From the IMG/VR virus record IMGVR_UViG_3300028601_000026, positions 1-64,000 of that record: a DNA stretch of 64,000 nt. One strand, 5' to 3'. This document shows, piece after piece, positions 25,728-33,929 of the stretch. This DNA is from a virus. Taxonomy: Duplodnaviria > Caudoviricetes. Every line of letters begins with the position of its first letter. Position 1 is the stretch's first letter. The notes under the pieces were generated by a model that was not told where the DNA came from, did not search any database, and saw nothing but the letters and a program-made list of their open reading frames with translations. Both the position numbers and the translations under genes were made by a program.

Positions 25728-26819
25728 ATGCAGATCCAGGTTGCAAACAATTACATCTACGGGGCTCCGGGAACAGGCTTCACGGTACTTGATACGGCTG
25801 ATTTTTCCGGGATGGCGGGCTTTCTCTTGACCTCGGAGGATACAGAGGTTCTGAAGAACACCACAGTCCCTGCTCGGCTGCTGTCCACTTCTCTGGACGC
25901 TGCAGGGAATATCCTTGGGGATCTGCTGATTACCGATGTGACGTTTGCTTACACGGATCATCACCACCTTACTCCCTATATAGGGGATTATTTCAGCCTC
26001 CACTACTTTGGAAAAGCTCCTTTAGTCCTGAATGTGCAGGGAGTGCTCTTAGACACCTCCAGTAATCTGGGTAAGGAGAACTTTCAATCCTGGTACCGCC
26101 ATGTCCTCCGCCTCTCTCAGGTGGCGCTCACCGGGGTAGCACCTCATCTGTGTTTTCGCGGCTACATGGTACAGGGGGCTATGCTGGGCCTGTCTTTGTC
26201 CGAGTCGGCAGAAGGGGAAGGCCAGGTAGCTTTTAGCTTCGAATATCTGGTGTTTACCTTAAAGCTGAACAACCCCACCAACACGGCTTTGGGTATTACC
26301 GGGGTAGAAGTTGAGTATAACCGGGTTTTGACTCCTTCTGCCTATGAAGAGGCCGCGGAAGCTTCCTACTCCGTCAAAGAGATTAAGGTTTCCTCAGGCG
26401 GAGAGCCCGTCTCAGTTACGGATGAAGAAGGGAATCGGGTTTCTCAGGCTTCCGATTATCTGACGTACCCGACGACAGGGCCCTACTATGCCAGCGAATT
26501 CAAGTGCCGTTGCAATGGCAAATACTGCACGGATAACAAAATCTCTTCTCGCCTCATTTCTTTGCTGAATGAATCTGCCAAGTCCTTGGGGAAATTCCCG
26601 GTAAACAGTGGCTATCGCTGCTATTTGTACAATGCAGCCGTAGGGGGGAAGAGCAGCAGCTACCATACCAGGGGGTTGGCTGCAGATTTGGCTATTCCAA
26701 AGTCTATGCAAGCTAAGGCCTGTCAGGTGTTCAAGCAGCTCGGGTTTAAGGGTTTCGGATTTTATAACACGTTTTTGCATGTGGACCTGCGTAGCTACCA
26801 TGCTACTTGGAAGGGATAA
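25728..26819 (+). CDS. Tube-initiator-like domain fused to an M15-family Zn peptidase
   Basis: C-terminal FKCRC...VNSGYRC..YNAAVGGKSSSYHTRGLAADL...FLHVD (HxxxxAxD...HxD). Confidence 0.8.
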   Translation: MQIQVANNYIYGAPGTGFTVLDTADFSGMAGFLLTSEDTEVLKNTTVPARLLSTSLDAAGNILGDLLITDVTFAYTDHHHLTPYIGDYFSLHYFGKAPLVLNVQGVLLDTSSNLGKENFQSWYRHVLRLSQVALTGVAPHLCFRGYMVQGAMLGLSLSESAEGEGQVAFSFEYLVFTLKLNNPTNTALGITGVEVEYNRVLTPSAYEEAAEASYSVKEIKVSSGGEPVSVTDEEGNRVSQASDYLTYPTTGPYYASEFKCRCNGKYCTDNKISSRLISLLNESAKSLGKFPVNSGYRCYLYNAAVGGKSSSYHTRGLAADLAIPKSMQAKACQVFKQLGFKGFGFYNTFLHVDLRSYHATWKG

Positions 26820-26822
26820 ATT

Positions 26823-28664
26823 ATGCCCACCAATGCCTACAGCCTTTCCTACAAAGTTTTTATCGCGGGAGTGGAGGTACCCTGCCATTCCGTACAGGTG
26901 ATGCAGAGCTTTAACGCGCTGCCTCGGTGCACTCTTGGGTTGGAACCAGATTCTCGGTTGTTTGGTCTGGGGCGCCAGGACCGTGTGCCTGTACAGGTAT
27001 TTGTTTCCAACCACTTCCAAGGCAAGGCGGAGGAATATCTGCTGCTTTTCGAAGGAGAAGTAGAAAGCTCCGGGTACACCAACACCGCGACAGGCCGTAA
27101 TTTTGTCATCAACTGTCAGAGCATCCTGGCTTTTCTGCAGGATATCAAGGTACAGCTGATGCAAAACCTGAATGACGAGGCTTACAAGCTGTCTCCAGGA
27201 AACACTTATTCCTATATTCACGGGGGGTTCATCCCGGAGCATGGCTTTCCCATGTGCCTGTTCCTGCGCGGGGTAGGAGGCTATACCAGCTCTGATGGGG
27301 GCTCCGAGGTGTTCAAGTACCCTTCTGAGTTCCTGATCAACGCGCTGCAGCTTGTCTCCTCCACTTCAGGGCAATCTGAAATCGGCAAGTTTTACGCGGA
27401 GTACATGCGCCGCTGGCGGGTGGATCTGCGGTACGCTATTCTGCCCTACTTTGATGACAATCAAGCCTCTTTTAACGGAGACGGCTTTCCCTTGCTCCGA
27501 GGCACCAGCCTGGCTGCCAGAAGTCAGCAGTTATCCAAACTGATCGGGGCGGTGCCGAGCAATGACTCTTTGTTCGGGCTGCTGACTTATATCGTCAGCC
27601 ATATGGAGTATGAGTTCGCGTTTTTCTCCACTCCGCGCTACAGCCAGGGGCGTCTTCACAGCATGTGTCTTAAGCCTTTGATGTACGACGCTCTGCCTCC
27701 TCGATGCAACGTGATGTTTCGATCCATGGTGGAAAGCCTCTCCTGTGGAGAAACCGTATACGGAGTACCCACGCGGATTCGGACGGCGGACTCCTCCAGT
27801 GTCGGGGCCCTACTTACTCAGGGGGACAACACTCCCTTGGCAGAACAAATCACCCTGCAGTATTACCCACGTACCCTGCAAGGAGAGCGTCCCTCCGCGG
27901 GCAGCAGTACCCACCCCATGGTGTCTGAGATTCTTGAAAACGAGAAGTACACCGGACCTTTTCTGTTCGATACCATTGCTCCTCCCTGGCTGACGTACAT
28001 CAGTCCCAAATACACAGCGCCTAAGTTGGACAGCGCTGTTCCGGAGAACGAAGGTGGGCAGCAGTTCACTCAGGACCTGGAGTTTGCCGACAGGGCGCGT
28101 CAGAGCATGCTGCTTTTAAAACGGTATGAACCGACCTCTGCTCAGGTGGCTCTGGCGTTTAATCCGTTCATTACCCCGGGTTTTCCCGGAGTGGTGTACG
28201 ACAACGTGGACCTTGGCGTAAAAAGCTTCACTATGGTGGGCCAGGTGTTGTCGTTAACCCATACCCTTGGCAAGAACGTGGCCAGCACTACCGTGGAGAT
28301 GGGCTTCGTGCGTACCCTGGAAGATGCCTATAAGGACGGTAAGCCTACCCTCAAAAATAGCTATGCCATCATTTCTGAGGAAGTGACCCATGTACCTGAA
28401 AAGATAGGAGGCCTGTATAAGAGTCTGCTGGGCTGTTCTGCCGCTTCGTTTGAAGAGATCGAAAAGCTGGGCACAGGCAATGAGCAGGAGGAGCCTCGTT
28501 TGGCTTATAGGTACAACAATCGAGAGATAGTTACTTTGCAGCAGTACTTCGAGTTTGTTAATGACAAGGAAACCGGAGTGCTCAGCCAACGACGAAATTC
28601 TGGCTTGCGCAGTTTGTTGGAAGAAATTGCACAGGAAGTTACCAGCAATGTTATCTATGATTAG
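26823..28664 (+). CDS. Baseplate hub protein (gp27/gpD-like)
   Basis: KVFIAGVEVP...LLFEGEV...FVINC; FNPFITPGFP...VGQVLSLTHTL. Confidence 0.6.
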   Translation: MPTNAYSLSYKVFIAGVEVPCHSVQVMQSFNALPRCTLGLEPDSRLFGLGRQDRVPVQVFVSNHFQGKAEEYLLLFEGEVESSGYTNTATGRNFVINCQSILAFLQDIKVQLMQNLNDEAYKLSPGNTYSYIHGGFIPEHGFPMCLFLRGVGGYTSSDGGSEVFKYPSEFLINALQLVSSTSGQSEIGKFYAEYMRRWRVDLRYAILPYFDDNQASFNGDGFPLLRGTSLAARSQQLSKLIGAVPSNDSLFGLLTYIVSHMEYEFAFFSTPRYSQGRLHSMCLKPLMYDALPPRCNVMFRSMVESLSCGETVYGVPTRIRTADSSSVGALLTQGDNTPLAEQITLQYYPRTLQGERPSAGSSTHPMVSEILENEKYTGPFLFDTIAPPWLTYISPKYTAPKLDSAVPENEGGQQFTQDLEFADRARQSMLLLKRYEPTSAQVALAFNPFITPGFPGVVYDNVDLGVKSFTMVGQVLSLTHTLGKNVASTTVEMGFVRTLEDAYKDGKPTLKNSYAIISEEVTHVPEKIGGLYKSLLGCSAASFEEIEKLGTGNEQEEPRLAYRYNNREIVTLQQYFEFVNDKETGVLSQRRNSGLRSLLEEIAQEVTSNVIYD

Positions 28665-28678
28665 GTTAGGAGATTTTC

Positions 28679-29434
28679 ATGCCCACAGCTCTGTCGGCGG
28701 CTATAGGTGCTTCAGCTTCCCCCTCTTCCAAGGAGGAAGATCTCCGTTTATGGAAGGTTTACCACACTTCCCGGTCTCCCAAGGATCGGGAGGCTCTGCT
28801 TAAGCGTCTGGATCCGATACTGCAATCCCAAGTCAACAAGTGGGCAGGCCCGGTACCTCGCGGGGTATTGGAGAATGAGGCTATGGTTTTGGCAGCGAAG
28901 GCCTTGGATACCTACAACCCCAATCTGGGAGCGGCTCTGTCTACGCATATTGTGAACAACCTCGCACCCATCAGTCGCCTGGTCTACACCTACCAGAATG
29001 CTGCGCGGATTCCAGAGAATATCACTTTGAAACTGCGCACCTTCAACGATGCCAAGGAACGGTTGACGGTGACCCACGGTTTTACTCCCACTGTGGATCA
29101 GCTCCACCAGGAACTGGGGTGGAGTGTAAATGAGCTTAACCGTGTCGAGAACTCGATGCGTAACGATTTGGTGGAGTCCGTAGGGGGCTTGGATGACCGC
29201 TTTTTCAGCTCGGTTGCAGACGACGAGGAGGATATGCTGGAGGCCCTCTATTTTGATCTTCTTCCGGAGGAGAAAAAGCTGTTTGAATTGGTAACCGGGT
29301 TTCATGGGCGCAAGGTGTGCTCTAACCCGGAGATCATGCAGGCTATGGGGTGGTCACAGGCTCAGCTGTCTTATAAAAAAAGGTTGCTCACCAAGCGTAT
29401 TGCAGAGCTGAGCCAGAGGTATAAACATGCGTAG
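28679..29434 (+). CDS. Sigma-70-family RNA polymerase sigma factor-like protein
   Basis: Region 2 (EAMVLAAKALDTYNPNLGAALSTHI), region 3 (RIPE...PTVDQLHQELGWS), region 4 HTH (LLPEEKKLF...SNPEIMQAMGWS). Confidence 0.7.
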   Translation: MPTALSAAIGASASPSSKEEDLRLWKVYHTSRSPKDREALLKRLDPILQSQVNKWAGPVPRGVLENEAMVLAAKALDTYNPNLGAALSTHIVNNLAPISRLVYTYQNAARIPENITLKLRTFNDAKERLTVTHGFTPTVDQLHQELGWSVNELNRVENSMRNDLVESVGGLDDRFFSSVADDEEDMLEALYFDLLPEEKKLFELVTGFHGRKVCSNPEIMQAMGWSQAQLSYKKRLLTKRIAELSQRYKHA

Positions 29435-29789
29435 TGCATTGGCGCAAGCGGTTACCGTTCTGCAGGGTATGCTGGAGGGACAGATGGCTCTTGCAGCAAA
29501 CTCCGGGGGGGATTCCATTGATCTGCAGGATCTGAAATTATCTCAAGATGTTTTGGACGCTATGGCTGAATTGGCTTTTTCCCCGAAAGCCGTAGCTGCA
29601 ACTTCTCAGATCGCTCGACGGGAAACCTACGATTTTTTACGCGCATTGGGCAGACTTACCGATGTTCATCAACTTACACGAGCCACCTATTATCAGCGCG
29701 TGGCCAGTGAGGCGGCAACACAGATAACTCAGCTGCAATATCTGCAAGCCGTCCTTTCTTCCTTTGAGCAGCATGGGGCAGGTGCTTGA
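29427..29789 (+). CDS. Hypothetical helical protein in the baseplate cluster
   Basis: Overlaps both neighbours. Confidence 0.5.
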   Translation: MRSALAQAVTVLQGMLEGQMALAANSGGDSIDLQDLKLSQDVLDAMAELAFSPKAVAATSQIARRETYDFLRALGRLTDVHQLTRATYYQRVASEAATQITQLQYLQAVLSSFEQHGAGA

Positions 29790-30235
29790 TGCAGGACCTA
29801 CGAATATACCGCAGGACCGGGAATTTTGACGTGATTTATCAAGGGGCTGAGGAGATGGAGGGCAGCCTCCTTTCAGAGGCCCCGGCAGCTGCTATCGAGG
29901 TGCTGGCCAATCGAGTGGTCAAGTTCATGCTGACCTCTCGAGGTACCGACGTATTTGATTCGGATTATGGCTCCTACTTGCCTACCTATACACAGGTAGC
30001 ACAGAGCCTGGTTCCACGGATGCGCTTGGAGGTGATGGATGATCTGAAGCGCTGCCAAGCATATCTTCAGCAAGCAGATCAGGAGCAAGACAACAGTTAC
30101 AAGCTGTTTTCCCTGACCTTGCGGGAATTCCGTTATGATCCTACCAAGGACCGTGGACGGATCGATGTGGTGATAGAAGTGCTATCCGTAGAGGGGGAAA
30201 AAGCCTTGTTGGATCTTCCTTACACCTTCAAATAG
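29786..30235 (+). CDS. Baseplate wedge gp25-like protein
   Basis: VVKFMLTSRGTDVFDSDYGSYL matches the gp25 pattern. Confidence 0.7.
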   Translation: MMQDLRIYRRTGNFDVIYQGAEEMEGSLLSEAPAAAIEVLANRVVKFMLTSRGTDVFDSDYGSYLPTYTQVAQSLVPRMRLEVMDDLKRCQAYLQQADQEQDNSYKLFSLTLREFRYDPTKDRGRIDVVIEVLSVEGEKALLDLPYTFK

Positions 30236-30289
30236 CTCAGGCTTTTATCCATTATATTGTAACCTTTCCTATGAATAGGTAGCTACCCT

Positions 30290-31867
30290 ATGGCAAATAT
30301 CACGTTCTCTTCCTCGGATCTTCAGGAAGCCCGCAACTTTTTGATTCAGTACCTTCGGGATGCCAACTATCTCGGGTCTTTGAATGAGGGCACCGCAGCC
30401 AATGATATTCTGGTGCGCGGGATGTCCCTGCTGTACCAGCTTTTCAAGTACGACGTACAGCGGGCTTCTGCCTACCTGTCCTTGGCGCGGGCGCAGGAAC
30501 TGCAGACCGAGCTGGGCACCGAATATGACACGGTGGTGGATGCTATCCTGAGCAATTGGTTTGTGACGCGCAAGCAGGGGGATAAGGCTTTCGGCACTCT
30601 CCGGTTGTTCTTTTCCAAACCTGTAGGCTTTTTGGAGATCAATCAGAGCCAGGCGCTGGCATTGATCGGGGGTGAGGTTTTTTACCCGGCTGCGGATACG
30701 GTACTGACCCCGGCCAGCTTCACCTCTATCGTCAATGCCATCGAACATGTCACAGAGTTCTACGTGGATATCCTGGTGCGAGCAGCGAATCCATCGGATG
30801 TGGAGGTCAAGGCCGGAGCGGAGGCTACCTCCTACCTGACCAACGTCTTTTTTCTACGCAGTGAAGTTCCAGATAACTTCTACGTAGGAAGCACCGTGGA
30901 GACCTCTGAGGAATTCATTACCCGCACGCGAAAGGTCATCACCACTCGGGAAATGATTACCGATAGGGCTATCAACACCGTCCTGTTGGATGCCTACCTA
31001 GGTATTCAGAACCTGTATATCGCGGGGTATGGAAGTACCGAACAGATGCGGGATGTGGTGCAGTTTGATTTGATTGATGTGCATGTCGGCAACAAAGCGG
31101 ACATCTACGTCAAGCAGGCTCTGGAGAAAAAAGAACAGCTGCTGCAGGTTGTAGACGGCAAGGTCAGCTATCTGGGGATCTCTGACGGAATCGATAGCAC
31201 TACGGAACCTGTGGTGACTCAGCTTGCCGGGATAGTCTCTTTGATGACTGCGGAAGACCCTGATGCCGAACCTGACCCCGCTTTTACTCCCCAACCGGTA
31301 GCTTACACTCTGAGCAATACTTCGGAAACCACCTGGGCCTGCTATGGAAAGCTGCCCGACATTACGCCTTCCGGGGTGGCGGAGGGATCTTTCGTTACAC
31401 TGACCTATCTCACAGATAGCGTGGTGGATTCAGTACACGCCTTTGTCTATGCTGAGGAAAACCGTGTCGTGTGCTACGATCCGGTGGTAAAAACTCTGTT
31501 TCCGGTATGCTTGTCAGGCACTTTGACGTTGCGGGTTTCCGTGGCATTGGGACAAACTCTGGAGGAGATCGCGGCTTCGGCACGGGCGGTCGTCAAGAAC
31601 CATATCAACACCATCCCTCCTGGCAGCACTCTCATTCTTTCGGATCTTATCAAGGAAATTCATCAGAAAGTCCCCGGGCTGTTGCATGTGGTGCTGCCTG
31701 CTACTCTCAGCTATTCCCTGTTTGACCCCTTGTCTTTGACTGAGGTGACGGGATCCATCTCCGACAAGTTCGCCATTCCGGAGAGCCTTTCCAAACAAAT
31801 TTCCTGGAATACCCTACAGTTCTACACGGATTCTGATTTCCTGACTCTGCAGCTGGAGGAATACTGA
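30290..31867 (+). CDS. Baseplate J/gp6-like wedge protein
   Basis: LSNWFVTRKQGDKAFGTLRLFF...VETSEEFITR...DVHVGNKADIYV. Confidence 0.75.
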   Translation: MANITFSSSDLQEARNFLIQYLRDANYLGSLNEGTAANDILVRGMSLLYQLFKYDVQRASAYLSLARAQELQTELGTEYDTVVDAILSNWFVTRKQGDKAFGTLRLFFSKPVGFLEINQSQALALIGGEVFYPAADTVLTPASFTSIVNAIEHVTEFYVDILVRAANPSDVEVKAGAEATSYLTNVFFLRSEVPDNFYVGSTVETSEEFITRTRKVITTREMITDRAINTVLLDAYLGIQNLYIAGYGSTEQMRDVVQFDLIDVHVGNKADIYVKQALEKKEQLLQVVDGKVSYLGISDGIDSTTEPVVTQLAGIVSLMTAEDPDAEPDPAFTPQPVAYTLSNTSETTWACYGKLPDITPSGVAEGSFVTLTYLTDSVVDSVHAFVYAEENRVVCYDPVVKTLFPVCLSGTLTLRVSVALGQTLEEIAASARAVVKNHINTIPPGSTLILSDLIKEIHQKVPGLLHVVLPATLSYSLFDPLSLTEVTGSISDKFAIPESLSKQISWNTLQFYTDSDFLTLQLEEY

Positions 31868-33321
31868 TGGCTCTCATCTCGTATACCCGTGATCCTGAGC
31901 TGTACGGATACTCCGACCGGTACATGAAGGAGGCTTTGGAGCGGGGCGCAACTACCCGTAACTTCCTCAGTGCTCTTGGGGACTATTGGACGGAGTACTT
32001 CAAAGACCGGGAGTCCCTGCAACGGGTACTGTCCGGATCTTTTGAACTGCTGGCAACCCAGTACAACAGCCTCCTGGGCCGGGTCCTGTGCAGCTCACTG
32101 ATTACGGCTCCGATTCATCTGCCGATTAAGCACAGGCTATTGGTGTTTGACCGTACCCAGGCCACTTATGTCTCTGATCCGGGTACTGGAGAGCTTCTGT
32201 ATCTGGACTACCCTTTGAAAGGGATGGAGGACTTATCCTATCTGGTGAGCTCACTCTTTGAGCCGAATGTAGCTCTGCAGCAGGGGGTGCATTTCTCTCT
32301 GGAAGATGAGACTCTGCGCTTTTACGTGGATATTTTCACGGATCCCGTAATCATCGAGGGGGCGTACTCCGTGGAGATGCCCTCCTCTCAGTATGTCTTG
32401 TTCTGGGCTACCAATGTCTTGCTTATTGAGAGCTACCTGTATGAGCGCTTTGGACACTTCCTGTATCAGCAGGAAGTTAATAGCCTCGAGTACAAGTTGC
32501 TATTGGAGGCATTGCAGTTTTTCTTCGTCAATGCCAAGAGCGTGACAAACATTGAGTCCATCCTTAACATTTTGTACGGGTTCCCCTATGCCCGGTATGC
32601 TGGGGAGGTCGTTCAAGCGATCAATCCCCGAATCACTTTTCTGGAATCCGGAGATATCGACCCCTCTTCTTACTACGAGGTAGTCACCGACCATAACACT
32701 TACCAGGTGTTTTTCTACGGGGAACTCTTGGTGGAGGTGGGCACTCCTCTGCAGAAGTACCAACTGATTGCTCGCTGGAACCGGGTAAATGACTACATCT
32801 CAAACCCGGACTGGTACAACGATGTCATGCTGCCCAAGGATTTGGTGGAGGACTTTAGGCACCCGGATCACCTGTTGGACCCTAAGCCTTTCTACCTGGC
32901 GCGTAATGGAGGCTCTTCCACCGAGCAGTACCTGTATGATTTAATGGATCAGGTGTTGAAATACAACCTGGTTTATATCTCGGCACAGATCAATGACCAC
33001 ACAGCAACCAATACCAGAAACCGTCTGCTTAATCTTTACGAGATTATTCGGGAGGGCTTTCCTGTCTATTTGTATCCGCTGATAGACATGTTTATGCGGA
33101 TCACCTATGCGGAAGTGGGACCGAAATCTCAGGAAGACAGCACCTTTACACTTGGAATGGCGCCCAGTGGAGACCTTTCCTACCGTATAAGTATGGGCAA
33201 GTATCACAACGGGCAGCACTATCGTTTCGGAACCATCACTCGGCAACCTGCCAGCGTAGACACAGCTACCATGTCCGTTTTCAACACAGATAATGAGGAA
33301 TTGGAAGCACAGTCTTTTTGA
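31867..33321 (+). CDS. Baseplate wedge protein (gp7/gpI-like)
   Basis: TGATG-coupled to baseplate J; SVTNIESILNILYGFP. Confidence 0.55.
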   Translation: MALISYTRDPELYGYSDRYMKEALERGATTRNFLSALGDYWTEYFKDRESLQRVLSGSFELLATQYNSLLGRVLCSSLITAPIHLPIKHRLLVFDRTQATYVSDPGTGELLYLDYPLKGMEDLSYLVSSLFEPNVALQQGVHFSLEDETLRFYVDIFTDPVIIEGAYSVEMPSSQYVLFWATNVLLIESYLYERFGHFLYQQEVNSLEYKLLLEALQFFFVNAKSVTNIESILNILYGFPYARYAGEVVQAINPRITFLESGDIDPSSYYEVVTDHNTYQVFFYGELLVEVGTPLQKYQLIARWNRVNDYISNPDWYNDVMLPKDLVEDFRHPDHLLDPKPFYLARNGGSSTEQYLYDLMDQVLKYNLVYISAQINDHTATNTRNRLLNLYEIIREGFPVYLYPLIDMFMRITYAEVGPKSQEDSTFTLGMAPSGDLSYRISMGKYHNGQHYRFGTITRQPASVDTATMSVFNTDNEELEAQSF

Positions 33322-33410
33322 CTTTTTTTTTATTAAGAAATACCCCTCCTGTGTCCACTATCTAATAGTTCATCCCTGAAACACTCCTTCGTCCTGCCAA
33401 AGGAACTTCT

Positions 33411-33914
33411 ATGCAAGAAGCCTATCCCACCCTGGGTAAATGCCGGGGTCATATCCACATTGATGCCTATGATCGACAAGATTTTCTGGTGCACTCCTGG
33501 GATTTTGAGAACCTGATTGTTCAGGGAGCCTGCCGTATTTCTGCACAGACCTTGTCCGGGAATACTGACTATCGTATCAGTCGGGTAGCTCTCGGGAACG
33601 ACAGTGCTGCCCCGACCACTAACGACACCAACATCGGGGGAATCTTCACGGAGGCTCTGGTTCTCGGAGCCAATACCGTTGGAGAAGATATGGTCGCTTG
33701 GGTAGCTTCCATCACGGGAGTGCCGGAGTTTCCAGATGCCGCAACAATGCGCGTTTCTTGGAATGTCGGCTACGATGAAGCCAATGGCCTGTCCGTCTGT
33801 GAGTTGGGGTTGCTGTCTGAGAATAATGTGCTGTTTTCTCGAAAGACGCGTTCCATGGTGGTTAAGGACGCTTCCATCCGTTTGGCGGGCACCTGGTCGA
33901 TAACCTTCGTTTAA
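33411..33914 (+). CDS. Baseplate/fibre-attachment protein
   Basis: NLIVQGA...VALGND...CELGLLSENNVLFSRKT..VVKD...WSITF. Confidence 0.6.
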   Translation: MQEAYPTLGKCRGHIHIDAYDRQDFLVHSWDFENLIVQGACRISAQTLSGNTDYRISRVALGNDSAAPTTNDTNIGGIFTEALVLGANTVGEDMVAWVASITGVPEFPDAATMRVSWNVGYDEANGLSVCELGLLSENNVLFSRKTRSMVVKDASIRLAGTWSITFV

Positions 33915-33929
33915 TAAAGGATACTGCAC

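Noticed and set aside
16413-33321. Tailocin/eCIS/T6SS rather than a phage
   Set aside because: Capsid, protease, scaffold, terminase and a full replication module are present.
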